37,951 bases of DNA from Actinomycetota bacterium (lineage in GTDB: Bacteria > Actinomycetota > Actinomycetes > S36-B12), in contig JBJTIQ010000011.1 in the NCBI GenBank assembly GCA_046095085.1, positions 1 through 37,951 on the forward strand. Direction: 5' to 3'. Below are positions 1 to 11,092 of the stretch, piece by piece. Within the stretch, counting starts at the first letter, position 1. The number at the start of each line of letters is the position of its first letter. The notes beneath the pieces are model-generated. The model was not told the origin of the DNA, searched no databases, and saw only the letters and a program-made list of their open reading frames with translations. A program made the translations under genes and the position numbers.

Positions 1-521
1 CCATCGACCTGCACCCACACGTCGCAGCCACTGCGGCGGACGAGTTCGCGGGCCTCGGCGACCTTGGGCAGGACCATGTCGAGGAAGCGCTGGCCGCCGA
101 ATCCTGGCTCCACCGTCATGAGAAGGACCATGTCGAGATCGGGCAGCAGGTCGGCGTAGGGAGCGATCGGCGTCGCCGGATTGACGCCAAGGCCCGCCCT
201 CGCCCCGAGCGCTCGCAGGGTGCGGGCGAGGCGAACGGGCGCGTGCACCGCCTCGGCGTGGAAGGTCACGCTGCCCGCACCGGCCTCGGCGTAGCCCGGG
301 GCCCATCGGTCGGGGTCGGTGATCATGAGGTGGCAGTCGAGGGGAATGTCGGTCGCGGCCCGCAGGCTTTCGACCACCGGCAGACCCACCGTGATGTTGG
401 GCACGAAATGGCCATCCATGACGTCGACGTGCAGCCAATCAGCGTCGGGGACGCGCTCGATCTCGTGCGCGAGCCGGGCGAAGTCGGCCGACAGCAGGCT
501 CGGGGAGATCTGCATGTCCAC
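1..521 (-). CDS. rpe: ribulose-phosphate 3-epimerase (3' end truncated by window edge)
   Basis: Not in the ORF track. Manual translation gives (V)[13 protein letters not shown]...[18 protein letters not shown]...DCHLMI...TFHAEA...[12 protein letters not shown]...QVDG, the canonical RPE motifs. Start is GTG 521 (6 nt after TACCCT) or ATG 515. Confidence 0.95.
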   Translation of the reverse strand, partial: MDMQISPSLLSADFARLAHEIERVPDADWLHVDVMDGHFVPNITVGLPVVESLRAATDIPLDCHLMITDPDRWAPGYAEAGAGSVTFHAEAVHAPVRLARTLRALGARAGLGVNPATPIAPYADLLPDLDMVLLMTVEPGFGGQRFLDMVLPKVAEARELVRRSGCDVWVQVD

Positions 522-527
522 GCCGCG

Positions 528-533
528 AGGGTA
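528..533 (-). promoter_or_regulatory. putative -10 element TACCCT, leaderless promoter of rpe
   Basis: Minus strand reads TACCCT-CGCGGC-GTG: a TANNNT hexamer 6 nt before the start, with no SD. Confidence 0.6.
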
Positions 534-546
534 CCGTCGTCCTGGC

Positions 547-1923
547 TCAGGCATGGCGGCGCAGCAGCGCGAGGTACATCCCGTCGGTGCCGTGGACGTG
601 CGGCCAGAGCCGCAGTGCCGGCCCCTCGCCGAGGCCGGGTATCCCGGTAGGCACGAACGATCGGGCGTCGATCCAGTCGAGGTCGCCCCTTGACCGCATC
701 ACGTCGTCGACGACTAGGTCGGTCTCGGCCAGGTGCGGTGAGCAGGTCGCATAGGCGACGACACCGCCGGGCCGGACCGCATCGGCGCCGGCGGAGAGGA
801 GCTCACGCTGCAGCGGACCCAAAGCGGCCAGGTCGGCGGGGGTGCGCCGCCAGCGGGCCTCCGGGCGACGGCGCAGCGCGCCGAGCCCGGTGCACGGCGC
901 ATCGACGAGCACGCGATCAGCGCGACCGGCCACGATGACCTCGCGCCCATCGCCGACGATCACCTCGTGCCGGTCGCTCATGCCCCTGCGCACGAGTTCG
1001 GCCCGGTGGCGGCGAGGTTCGACCGCGACGACTCGCGCACCGCGCTGCTCGGCGAGGCCGGCGAGCAAGGCTGCCTTGCCGCCGGGCCCGGCGCACAGAT
1101 CGACCCACATCTCATCGCGGCCATCGACGTCGACCGTGGCGAGAGCGAGCGCGACGAGCTGGCTGCCCTCGTCCTGGATGGCGGCCCGGCCGTCGCGCAC
1201 CGGCGCGAGATCCTCCGGTCGCCCCTGCTCCAAGATCGCGGCATACGGTGACCATCGGGCCGGCGCCACGCCCGTCATCTGGCACAAGGTCATCGCATCC
1301 ATGCGGCCCGGGCGAGCGACCAGCGTCGGCCGCGCTGGGGTGTTGTCGGCATCGAGGAGCGCTCGCAGGGATGCGTCGTCCGCGCGCGGAGACGGCGGAT
1401 GGGCGCTGAGTGCCTGGCTGAGAGCGCGCACGATCCACGCGGGATGCGACGTGGCGAGGGCGAGATCCTCGACCGAGTCGCCGGGGGCCACGCGCTCGAC
1501 CCACGAGGTCAGATCGCCGCCGTCGGCCACTCGGCGGAGCACGGCGTTGGCGAGCTTGGCCGGCCCCTCCCCCGCCACATCGCGGGCCAATGCCACAGAT
1601 TCGGCCACCGCGGCATGCGGTGGCACGCGCATGGCGACGAGTTGGTGCGTGCCCATGCGCAGGACATCGAGGAGTCGACCATCGAGGCGGTCGAGCGGGC
1701 GATCGACGCAGGTCGACAAGATCGCGTCGTAGAGGCCCTGGCCTCGAAGCGTTCCGTAGGCGAGTTCGGTCGCCAGAGCCGCGTCACGCTGATCCAGTCG
1801 TGCCCCGGCAAGTATCTCCGCCATCGCGATATTGGCGTAGGCATCGTCGACGTGGACAGCATGGAGGAGGTCGTAGGCAGCGCCTCGAGGAGTCGTACGA
1901 CGCGAGCGTGACCGCGCTGTCAC
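547..1923 (-). CDS. rsmB: 16S rRNA m5C967 methyltransferase RsmB/Fmu (NusB-like N-domain plus RsmB/NOP MTase)
   Basis: [38 protein letters not shown] motifs. Start re-picked at GTG 1923 (GTGA overlap with the fmt stop) rather than 2208. Confidence 0.93.
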   Translation of the reverse strand: MTARSRSRRTTPRGAAYDLLHAVHVDDAYANIAMAEILAGARLDQRDAALATELAYGTLRGQGLYDAILSTCVDRPLDRLDGRLLDVLRMGTHQLVAMRVPPHAAVAESVALARDVAGEGPAKLANAVLRRVADGGDLTSWVERVAPGDSVEDLALATSHPAWIVRALSQALSAHPPSPRADDASLRALLDADNTPARPTLVARPGRMDAMTLCQMTGVAPARWSPYAAILEQGRPEDLAPVRDGRAAIQDEGSQLVALALATVDVDGRDEMWVDLCAGPGGKAALLAGLAEQRGARVVAVEPRRHRAELVRRGMSDRHEVIVGDGREVIVAGRADRVLVDAPCTGLGALRRRPEARWRRTPADLAALGPLQRELLSAGADAVRPGGVVAYATCSPHLAETDLVVDDVMRSRGDLDWIDARSFVPTGIPGLGEGPALRLWPHVHGTDGMYLALLRRHA

Positions 1924-2840
1924 TCGAATGCCTCGCCCGGCTCGGGTCGCACACCGCGAGCCCAGTCGGCGGCGCTCATGGCCCGCTTTCCCTGGGGCGT
2001 GACTTCGCCGAGGACGACGCAGGTCGTGCCGCTGCCCACCTCCACACGCGACTTGCCCGCCCTGACGGTGCCCGGCGATAGGTCGTCGCCGGAGGCGGGC
2101 ACCACCGGGCCGACCTTCAAGCGCTCGCCGCGGAAGGTCGTCCACGCCCCGGGAGCCGGAGTGCATGCACGGACGAGTCGATCGATAACCCTCGCGTCGG
2201 CGGACCACGCGATCCGCGCATCGGCCACTTCGAGCCTAGGGGCGTAGGAGCCCCCCACGGGCGGCTGCGGGGTGGGCTCGACGGTGCCTGCGGCGATGAC
2301 GTCGATGGTCGACACGATCAGGTCGGCTCCGACGAGTGAGAGGCGCCGAAGGAGCTCTCCGGTGGTGTCGCGGCCTCCGACGGGCTCCTCGACACGGAGC
2401 AGGGTGGGACCGGTATCGAGGCCGGAGTCGAGACGAAACGTCGTGGCACCCGTGCGGGTATCGCCATTGAGGAGGGCGTGCTGCACCGGTGCGGCACCGC
2501 GCCAGGCCGGCAGCAGCGAGAAGTGCAGGTTGACCCAGCCATGGGGCGGGATGTCGAGCGCCTCCGCAGGAATCAGGGCGCCGAAGGCCACGACGGGACA
2601 GCACTCCACCGACAGGTCGGCGAGCCAGCGCGAGAAATCGGGGTCACGAGGCGACAGCGTCGACACCGCGATGCCCAACTCCCCGGCTCGCTCGGCGACC
2701 GCGCTGCGCACCGGCTGGCGGCCGCGTCCCGCGACGGTGTCCGGACGCGTGAGGACCGCGGCCACCTCATGCGTCGATGCCGCGAGCGCGTCGAGCGACG
2801 GCACCGCAGCCTGCGGGGTACCTGCGAAGAGCAGGCGCAT
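1920..2840 (-). CDS. fmt: methionyl-tRNA formyltransferase
   Basis: MRLLFAGTP start, NLHFSLLPAWRGAAPVQ and GLDTGP motifs; adjacent to def. Confidence 0.97.
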   Translation of the reverse strand: MRLLFAGTPQAAVPSLDALAASTHEVAAVLTRPDTVAGRGRQPVRSAVAERAGELGIAVSTLSPRDPDFSRWLADLSVECCPVVAFGALIPAEALDIPPHGWVNLHFSLLPAWRGAAPVQHALLNGDTRTGATTFRLDSGLDTGPTLLRVEEPVGGRDTTGELLRRLSLVGADLIVSTIDVIAAGTVEPTPQPPVGGSYAPRLEVADARIAWSADARVIDRLVRACTPAPGAWTTFRGERLKVGPVVPASGDDLSPGTVRAGKSRVEVGSGTTCVVLGEVTPQGKRAMSAADWARGVRPEPGEAFE

Positions 2841-2843
2841 CGC

Positions 2844-3389
2844 TCACAGCCACCGAGCGGACACGGTGTGCGGGCTCACGCGCACCTCGGGCGGCTGCTC
2901 GCCGAACCACGCGGCCTCGCGAATGGCCTTCATGGCCGCCTTGCGGGTCTCGGCGTCGAGTCGATCCACGAAGAGAATGCCGTCGAGATGGTCGGTCTCA
3001 TGCTGAAGGGCGCGGGCCAGGAGCTCGCTGCCCTCGACGACGACGGGCTCGCCGTGCTCGTTGAGGCCCTTGGCGACGACGCGCAAGGAGCGCTTCGTGT
3101 CGAACGCCAGGTCAGGGATCGACAGGCAGCCCTCCTCGCCGTCTTGCATCTCATCGGAGAGATCGAGCATCGGGTTGCACAGGTGTCCGAGCTGGTCATC
3201 GACCCACCAGGTGAACACTCGAAGCGATACGCCGATTTGCGGAGCCGCCAGGCCGCTGCCGGGTGCGTCGCGCATCGTGTCGGTGAGATCCTGGACAAGT
3301 TTGCGAAGCTCCTTGTCGAATGTCTCGACGGGAGCCGCAGGGGTGCGCAGCACGGGATCGCCGAAGAGGCGGATGGGCTGGACGGCCAC
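2844..3389 (-). CDS. def: peptide deformylase
   Basis: GLAAPQIG, EGCLS and QHETDHLDG motifs; SD AAGGAG upstream of the GTG. Confidence 0.97.
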   Translation of the reverse strand: MAVQPIRLFGDPVLRTPAAPVETFDKELRKLVQDLTDTMRDAPGSGLAAPQIGVSLRVFTWWVDDQLGHLCNPMLDLSDEMQDGEEGCLSIPDLAFDTKRSLRVVAKGLNEHGEPVVVEGSELLARALQHETDHLDGILFVDRLDAETRKAAMKAIREAAWFGEQPPEVRVSPHTVSARWL

Positions 3390-3415
3390 GCGGGTCTCCT
3401 TCGAGTGAGACGGCC

Positions 3416-3421
3416 AGTCTA
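3416..3421 (-). promoter_or_regulatory. putative -10 element TAGACT for def-fmt-rsmB
   Basis: TAGACT in the priA-def gap, about 26 nt upstream of the def start and followed by an SD. Confidence 0.5.
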
Positions 3422-3428
3422 GGTGGGG

Positions 3429-5372
3429 TCAGTCCGATCCCCAGTCGAGCGGGTCGACCGCGAGAGCGAGGGGTTCGGGATCCTTGCGCGCACTGCGCGT
3501 CGCGGCTATCGAATGCAGTGCCTCCGCCAGCGCATCGCCACCCGAGCGAGGCACCGTCACCAGCAAGCGCACGGTCTGTGACGAGCGGCTCGCTCCTTCG
3601 CGATCGGCCACCGGCAGTGGCCCGCGCGTGCGGGCACCCGCGGGCAGGAGTTGGGCGGCCTCCCGCACCGCCGTCGCACTGCCGGTCAGCGTCGCGGCTC
3701 GGACGGCGGGGGGCATCGAAAGCGCGACGCGCTCGGCGAGCTCGCGTTGGGCGAGCCAGCCGGGATCCCATCGAATGAGTGCCTGCACCAGCGGTGCCGC
3801 CGCATCTGCCGTGACGACCACGGGCGCACCCGGGCGAGCCAGGGCCGCGGCGCCGAACCACCGCCGCGCGGTCTCCTCCCCCGCGCGCAGCGCAACGCGC
3901 GACAGGTGCAGGCGCGCATCGAGAATGAGGACGCCGGCATAGCCGCCCGCGGCCATGGGTTCGGCCCCGGGAGTGGCCACAACCAGCGCGGGCTCATCGA
4001 GAACATCGTCGAGTATGCGGTCGCCTCCCGAGGTCAGGATCGGCAGGCCGGGGAATGCGCGCCCGAGTTCTTCGGCCGTGCGCCGCGCGCCGATGGCGAC
4101 AGCCCTCAGTCGGCCCGATCCGCAGGCGGGGCATCGCCAGTCGGGTGATGAGGCACCGCACCACCGGCACGACGGAGCGGCACCGGTCGCGCCAAATGCC
4201 AGGGGTCCGGCGCATGCCGAGCACCGGGCAGGTGCCCGGCACTCCTGGCAGGCAAGGGCGGGAACGTAGCCACGACGGGCCACCTGGACGAGCACCGGGC
4301 CGTCGACGACCGCCTTCTTAGCGGCGTCCCAAGCCCGATGTGGCAGCCGGGCCGGCCCGGCATCGTGGGCAGAGTCATCGGACTGGACGCGCGGCGCGAT
4401 GCGCCGGAGCAGGTCGCGTCGCGGCGTGAGTGCGGCCGCCCAGCGCGTCTCGATCCACAGTTGCGTCTCGCTGCTGCGAGTGAAGCCCGCCGACACCAGA
4501 GCTGCACCGGTGAGGTTGGAGCGAAGCGCCAGGACTTCGCGGGCGTGCCAGCCCGGAGCGTGGGGCTCGCTGAGGGATTCGTCGCCGTCGTCCCACAGCA
4601 GCAGGAGACCGGGGTCGACAACCGGCGCGAACGCCGCCGCCCGTGTGCCCAGCACGATCCGGACACGCCCGGTCAGGACCTTGAGGAACTCGGCATAGCG
4701 GCGTTGCGGGCCCAGGTCGGCGGAGAGCACGGCGTGATGCCCCGAGCCCAGGGCGCGGGTGAGTGCGCGATCGACTCGTCCGAGATCGCGGGCGTCGGGG
4801 ACTACGAGCACGACACCGTGATGGCGAGCGCCGAGTGCTGCGAGTTGGGCGAGCAGCATCGCCCAGTCGCCCGCCGGCTCGACCGCACCGGCGGGTGCGC
4901 AGGTGAGCACGCCGCGCCATCCGGTGTCGCCGTCGCGCACACGCCGAATGAGCGCCTCGCCGCCTGAGTAGGCGGACCATGCGGGCGACGGATTGATCTC
5001 GGGGACAGCGTCGGGCTCGGCGCTGGAGGACAGGATCGATGCCTCTGCCCGCGCGTGTCGCGGAGGCACCGCTGCCCGCAGGACGTCGGGGATGGACCCG
5101 GCGTATCGATCGGAGACAGCGCGACACAGGCTCAGCACCTCGGGCGTGAGCACCGGATAGGACGTCGTCACTCGCTGCAGCGGCTGCAGCCTGTGCTCGC
5201 TCGTCTCGACGAGCTCGATGACATAGGCGTCGACGAGGCGCCCGGAGAACCGCACGCGCACCCGACTGCCGACTGTCAGGCTCCCGGCCAACTTGTCGGG
5301 CACGGCGTAGTCGAAGACCCGATCGAGGTGTGCCAGCGGCACGTCGACGATCACTCGCGCCACGGATTCCAC
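3429..5372 (-). CDS. priA: primosomal protein N' (actinobacterial type, degenerate helicase motifs)
   Basis: VDVPLAHLDRVFDYAVP and GSRVRVRFSGR N-domain; zinc-binding CQEC/CSAC/CRWC/CPAC; GARRTAEELGRAFPG. Start re-picked at GTG 5372, 6 nt after TGG-CACGAT. Confidence 0.93.
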   Translation of the reverse strand: MESVARVIVDVPLAHLDRVFDYAVPDKLAGSLTVGSRVRVRFSGRLVDAYVIELVETSEHRLQPLQRVTTSYPVLTPEVLSLCRAVSDRYAGSIPDVLRAAVPPRHARAEASILSSSAEPDAVPEINPSPAWSAYSGGEALIRRVRDGDTGWRGVLTCAPAGAVEPAGDWAMLLAQLAALGARHHGVVLVVPDARDLGRVDRALTRALGSGHHAVLSADLGPQRRYAEFLKVLTGRVRIVLGTRAAAFAPVVDPGLLLLWDDGDESLSEPHAPGWHAREVLALRSNLTGAALVSAGFTRSSETQLWIETRWAAALTPRRDLLRRIAPRVQSDDSAHDAGPARLPHRAWDAAKKAVVDGPVLVQVARRGYVPALACQECRAPARCSACAGPLAFGATGAAPSCRWCGASSPDWRCPACGSGRLRAVAIGARRTAEELGRAFPGLPILTSGGDRILDDVLDEPALVVATPGAEPMAAGGYAGVLILDARLHLSRVALRAGEETARRWFGAAALARPGAPVVVTADAAAPLVQALIRWDPGWLAQRELAERVALSMPPAVRAATLTGSATAVREAAQLLPAGARTRGPLPVADREGASRSSQTVRLLVTVPRSGGDALAEALHSIAATRSARKDPEPLALAVDPLDWGSD

Positions 5373-5445
5373 GGGCCGATCGTGCCAGCCGGGTGTGACG
5401 ACGCCCAGGGGATGCCACGATGGACCCTCGACCCGGGAGGTATGC
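5373..5445. promoter_or_regulatory. divergent promoter region priA / glycosyltransferase
   Basis: Mirror-image TGn-CACGAT hexamers: 5379-5384 on minus (6 nt before the priA GTG) and 5416-5421 on plus. SD GGGAGG 5435-5440 precedes GTG 5446. Confidence 0.45.
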
Positions 5446-6906
5446 GTGAGCCACCGCTTCGTGACCACGCCCCTGCCCGAGCCCGGGGCGAGCAGGTCAA
5501 CGGCGTTCTACGGCCGGGTCGTCGTCCTCGTCGTGATCGCCTCGGTCATGGCCGTGGGGTCAGTCGCCTACACCATCAGCACGGTCTTTTCCGTCGACCG
5601 CCAGCCGGTGCCCCTGCAGGAGTGGTTCATCGGGTCGTGGGGATTCATCGTCTCCGGCGAGCGGCCGCCGGGCCAACTCGTCGTGATCGCGCTGCTGGGC
5701 ATCGCCATCATCGGATTCACGGCCGTGACGTTCGAGATCATCACCTCGCTGATGACCATCAGTCCTCGCCGCCGCGACCTCGAGACCTTGCGCTACGCCG
5801 GTGCCGCGATGCCGCTTCCCGGAGCGCGGGTGCGGGTCACCGTGCTCGTGCCGGCGCACAATGAAGAGGCGGCGCTGCCCACCACGCTCTCCGCCCTCGC
5901 TCAGCAGACACGGCTGCCCGACCGAGTGATGGTGGTGGCCGACAACTGCTCCGACCGGACCGTCCGGATTGCCCGCGAGATGGGCCACGAGGCGTTCGAG
6001 ACGGTCGACAACGCGCACAAGAAGGGCGGCGCGCTCAACCAGGCCCTCGCCCTCCTGCTTCCCGTTGCCGGACCCGACGACGTGATCCTGGTCATGGACG
6101 CCGATACCAGCCTCGGTCCGCGCTTCATCGAGACGGCCACTCGGCACCTGGAGGAGGACCCCGAGTTGGCTGCCGTGGGCGGCGTCTTCTACGGCGAACC
6201 CGGCAGCGGACTCATCGGCCAGTTCCAGCGCAATGAGTACACGCGCTACAGCCTGCAGATCCACCAGCGCCGGGGCCGCGTCTTCGTGTTGACCGGCACG
6301 GCGACGATGTTTCGTGCCGAGGCGTTGCTCGACGTTGCCGCCGCCCGAGGCGTCTTCATTCCGGGCGAGCCCGGCAAGGTCTACGACACCGCTGCACTCA
6401 CCGAGGACAACGAACTCACCCTGGCCCTGAAGTCGCTCGGTGCCACGATGATGTCGCCGTCCGAGTGCTATGTCGTGACCGAGATCATGCCCACCTGGCG
6501 CAATCTATGGAAGCAGCGGCAGCGCTGGCAGCGAGGGGCCTTGGAAAACCTCGGCGCCTACGGCTTCACGGCCGCCACGATCCGCTACTGGGGCCAGCAA
6601 GTCGGCATCGGCTACGGCACCGTCGCCCTCAACTCAGCCCTGCTCCTGATGCTCATCACCTTCCTCGCCGTCCCCTCATGGATCTGGTTTCCGTTCTGGC
6701 TTGTCATCGGCGCAGTCTTCCTCGCCGAGCGGGTCCTCACCGCGTGGAAGGGCGGGTGGCGGGCGCGTCTCCTCGCGCTCGCCCTGCTGCCCGAACTCGC
6801 CTACGACGTCTTCCTCCAGATCGTGTTCGTCAACTGCCTGTGGAACATCAGCGCGGGGCGCGAGGCACGGTGGGGACACGTCGAACGACGGGGAGCAACG
6901 ACATGA
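5446..6906 (+). CDS. processive family-2 glycosyltransferase (PgaC/IcaA/cellulose-synthase-like polysaccharide synthase)
   Basis: VPAHNEE, ADNCSD, KKGGALN, MDADT (DxD), TED and QRQRW (QxxRW) motifs. About 2 N-terminal and 2-3 C-terminal hydrophobic segments. Start re-picked at GTG 5446 after GGGAGG. Confidence 0.88.
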   Translation: MSHRFVTTPLPEPGASRSTAFYGRVVVLVVIASVMAVGSVAYTISTVFSVDRQPVPLQEWFIGSWGFIVSGERPPGQLVVIALLGIAIIGFTAVTFEIITSLMTISPRRRDLETLRYAGAAMPLPGARVRVTVLVPAHNEEAALPTTLSALAQQTRLPDRVMVVADNCSDRTVRIAREMGHEAFETVDNAHKKGGALNQALALLLPVAGPDDVILVMDADTSLGPRFIETATRHLEEDPELAAVGGVFYGEPGSGLIGQFQRNEYTRYSLQIHQRRGRVFVLTGTATMFRAEALLDVAAARGVFIPGEPGKVYDTAALTEDNELTLALKSLGATMMSPSECYVVTEIMPTWRNLWKQRQRWQRGALENLGAYGFTAATIRYWGQQVGIGYGTVALNSALLLMLITFLAVPSWIWFPFWLVIGAVFLAERVLTAWKGGWRARLLALALLPELAYDVFLQIVFVNCLWNISAGREARWGHVERRGATT

Positions 6907-8128
6907 CCTCGCTTCCCTATGGACTCGTCTTGCCCAGCGACATCCTCACCCAGACGTGGTTCGGCGTGCTGGGGCTCTTCGTCGCACTCAACACCGTCGT
7001 CTATCTCGGTCTCACGGTCGCAAAGTTCGTACCCTGGCCCGCGCAGGTGCGCCCTGCCACCGTGCGCAAGGTCCTGCCCATCACCCCGGAGGGGCCCACC
7101 ATGGAGAAGTCCCACCGATCGGCCACCCGTCAGCTCGAGCAGCCCGTGCAAGATCTGCGCGACGCCGCGGCACGCCAGACGATTCCGATGGCGCTGGCGC
7201 TCGTTGGTGCGCTCACTGCGATCGTTGCCCTGCTCTACCTCCTGCTGTACTTCACCCCCAGCGGCCCACTGCTTCTGCTCGGTCCCGTCTACGGCTTCAT
7301 CCTGATCGTCGTCTCGCTCCTCCTCGCGCGGTCACGCGCAAGCGCCACCACCATGCGGTGGACCTGGACGCTGCTGATGCTCGCGCTCATGGCCGAGAAC
7401 TGCTGGCGGGCGAGCGTGATCGACAGCGCCGTGCCGCTCGCCTATTCGCTGGTGATCCTCGCCTTCATCGCCCCGATCTCGCTCTCGTGGCAGTTCGGCA
7501 TCGCCGGGGCGATCATTGGCGCGATTCCGGTCACCCTCGGTGGCTACGGGGTCTCCGTCGTCGACACCTTCTCGTGGGGGATGGTGTCGATCACGGCCAG
7601 CCTCGGCAGCCTGGTCATCCTCTACCTCCGACTCGTGCCCCTGGATCGCATCGCCGAGGAGCAGGCCCGGGCCGACGCGCTGGCCACTACCGACGCCCGC
7701 ACCGGCATGCTGTCGCGGACAGGACTCATCGCACTGGCCCCCAGCGTCGCCGAAGCCGCCGAGCATGCGGGCGAGTCGGTGAGCGTCATCGCGTGCACCC
7801 TGCCCGACCTGAGCATGATCAACGCGGCCTATGGATTCGACTACGGCGGCGATGCACTCATAGCAGCATCGCGGTCGTTTCGAGCCGCGCTCCCCGCGAG
7901 CGCGCTCGTGTCTCGATGGGGCGGCGGGACCTTCCTCGCCCTGCTCTCCGGCGATGCCCCCACGGCCGACCACATCCGCGACGCGGTCGATTCGAACCTG
8001 GCAGCATCGGGAATCGCCCTGGGCAAGACGCCACTTCACGTGCGAGTGGGCGCCGCCACCGGATCCCCGGCCATCACGACCCTCGAGGCACTCGTCGCCG
8101 AGGCAGAGACAGCCGCGGCCGAGTCGAC

Positions 8129-8132
<4 letters not shown>
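6903..8132 (+). CDS. multi-pass membrane protein with C-terminal degenerate GGDEF domain
   Basis: ATG 6903 overlaps the GT stop (ATGA). About 7 hydrophobic segments are followed by [13 protein letters not shown]...[14 protein letters not shown]...SRWGGGTF...VRVGAA, which is a GGDEF fold with GGGTF in place of GG(D/E)EF. Confidence 0.8.
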
Positions 8133-9325
<1,193 letters not shown>

Positions 9326-9354
9326 GTACTACCTCCATGCGTTCGAGCGCCGTA

Positions 9355-9467
9355 CCGCGCTTGCCGGTCCGACCTGGCCCGGCCGCGTCATCACCCGGGG
9401 CACCCCACCGCGCTCGGAGGGTTGCCGGCCAGCAAGCCGGGGCTACGCGCTGGCGCTCATGACGCGG
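9355..9467 (-). ncRNA. SAM-IV riboswitch upstream of metK
   Basis: Minus strand reads CCGCGTCATGAGCGCCAGCGCGTAGCCCCGGCTTGCTGGCCGGCAACCCTCCGAGCGCGGTGGGGTGCCCCGGGTGATGACGCGGCC...CGGCAAGCGCGG. This matches the SAM-IV pattern as I recall it (UCAUGAG...GCCCCGGC...CCGGCAACCCUCC...GGGGUGCCCCGGGUGA...GGCAAGCGCGG). P1 CCGCGUCAU/AUGACGCGG is perfectly complementary. -10 TAGGGT at 9472-9477. Confidence 0.9.
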
Positions 9468-9500
9468 AATGACCCTACCCGAAGCGGAGAGGGCAAGGGG

Positions 9501-10709
9501 TCAGGGCAGGCGCTTGGCGACGGCGTCCCAGACGGCGTCGGCGAGAGCGTCCTTGCTGCCGTGCGCATCGGCCACCACAGTCCCATCCGCACCAAGGATC
9601 ACGGCGTCGTTGGTGTCGGAGCCGAAGACGCGGCCTTCGGAGACGTCGTTGACCACGAGCAGGTCACAGCCCTTGCGGGCGAGCTTGGCGCGAGCGAGGG
9701 CCAAGAGCTCCTCCGGCGATGACGCGGTCTCGGCCGCGAACCCGACGATCACCTGGCCGGGTGAGCGCCGGGCCACGAGGTCAGCCAGGACGTCGGCGTT
9801 GCGCACCAGCACGACCGGTGCGGGATCAGTGCCGTCGTCGGACTTCTTGATCTTGCGATCCGCGTAGTCCGCGGGACGGAAATCGGCCACCGCCGCCGCC
9901 ATCACCGCCACGTCGGCGCCTGCGGACTCCGCGAGCATCGCCGCATGGAGCTCGGCCGCCGTGCCCACGGTCAACGTGCGGACGCCGGGAATCTCGGGAA
10001 GGTCGACATGCGCGGCCACGAGGACCACCTCGGCCCCGCGCAGGCGCGCGCGACGGGCGAGTGCCCAGCCCTGCCGACCGCTGGAACGGTTGCCCAGGAA
10101 CCGCACGGGGTCGAGAGGCTCGCGCGTGCCGCCCGCCGAGACGACGACGCGGCGGCCGGCCAGGTCGTGCTCGGCGCCGCCCGCCAGCACCTCGTAGATG
10201 ACGCGCGCGAGGTCGGCGGGCTCGGGAAGCCGTCCGGGCCCGGAATCCGCGCCGGTCAGCCGCCCGACAGCCGGGTCGAGGACCGTGACGCCGCGAGCAC
10301 GCAGGGTGGCGACATTGGCCTGGGTGGCGGGGTGCTGCCACATCTCGGTGTGCATCGCGGGAGCCATGATCACCGGGCAGGCAGCGGTGAGCAATGAGGT
10401 CGTCAGGAGGTCATCGGCGATCCCCGCGGCCGCGCGGGCGAGTGTGTTGGCGGTCGCGGGGGCGACGATGACGACGTCGGCCCATCGCCCAAGTTGCACA
10501 TGCTGCACGCCCGGAACGTCGTCCCAGACCTCAGTGGTGACCGGATGACCGGAGAGGGCCTCCCAGGTGGGAGCGCCGACGAAGCGAAGCGCGGATTCGG
10601 TGGGAACGACGCGCACGTCGTGGCCCTCTTCACGCAAAAGCCTCAGGAGGCTGCACGCCTTGTAGGCGGCGATGCCTCCTGACACGCCCAGGAGGACGCG
10701 CGAGGTCAG
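9501..10709 (-). CDS. coaBC: bifunctional phosphopantothenoylcysteine decarboxylase/ligase
   Basis: [44 protein letters not shown] and VGFAAET motifs. The ORF-track start at 10685 cuts the first beta-strand; the probable start is CTG 10707-10709, overlapping the rpoZ stop. Confidence 0.95.
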   Translation of the reverse strand: MTSRVLLGVSGGIAAYKACSLLRLLREEGHDVRVVPTESALRFVGAPTWEALSGHPVTTEVWDDVPGVQHVQLGRWADVVIVAPATANTLARAAAGIADDLLTTSLLTAACPVIMAPAMHTEMWQHPATQANVATLRARGVTVLDPAVGRLTGADSGPGRLPEPADLARVIYEVLAGGAEHDLAGRRVVVSAGGTREPLDPVRFLGNRSSGRQGWALARRARLRGAEVVLVAAHVDLPEIPGVRTLTVGTAAELHAAMLAESAGADVAVMAAAVADFRPADYADRKIKKSDDGTDPAPVVLVRNADVLADLVARRSPGQVIVGFAAETASSPEELLALARAKLARKGCDLLVVNDVSEGRVFGSDTNDAVILGADGTVVADAHGSKDALADAVWDAVAKRLP

Positions 10710-11020
10710 CTGAAGTCCTCGTCTGCCGAGACTGAGTAGTCGACGCTCACGACCTCGAGGGCCGGGTCGAAGGGCTCGGAGGTGAGCAGGCCGGCGTCGA
10801 TCTCGCGCATCGCGATGGACAGCGGCTTCTCCTGCACGTGCGTCTCCACCAGGGGTCCGACGTATTCGAGCAGGCCCTCGCCCAACTGGGAGTAGTAGGC
10901 GTTGATCTGACGGGCGCGCTTGGCCGCGTAGATGACCAGGGAGTACTTGGAGTCGGACTTATTGAGCAGGTCGTCGATGGGCGGGTAGGTGATGCCCTCG
11001 GGGCGCACGGAGCCGGACAT
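10706..11020 (-). CDS. rpoZ: RNA polymerase omega subunit
   Basis: [29 protein letters not shown] and [11 protein letters not shown] motifs; SD GAAAGG. Confidence 0.97.
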   Translation of the reverse strand: MSGSVRPEGITYPPIDDLLNKSDSKYSLVIYAAKRARQINAYYSQLGEGLLEYVGPLVETHVQEKPLSIAMREIDAGLLTSEPFDPALEVVSVDYSVSADEDFS

Positions 11021-11086
11021 GAGACGACCTTTCGCGTGGCAGGGCCGCCTGAGGCAACCCGTGGCGCCGGACCTGGCGCCCGCAGG

Positions 11087-11092
11087 AGTCTA
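11087..11092 (-). promoter_or_regulatory. putative -10 TAGACT for rpoZ, overlapping the gmk TAG stop
   Basis: The gmk stop TAG (11090-11092) is followed directly by ACT; a leader of about 60 nt with an SD follows. Confidence 0.5.

Noticed and set aside
5394-5409. TGTGA half-site in the priA/GT2 intergenic region as a CRP/GlxR box
   Set aside because: The second half (CCAGG) is a poor match to TCACA.
11021-11086. Two small hairpins in the rpoZ leader (GGCGCC repeat; GGGUUGCC/GGCGGCCC)
   Set aside because: Short GC-rich stems that do not cover the SD and match no motif I recognise.
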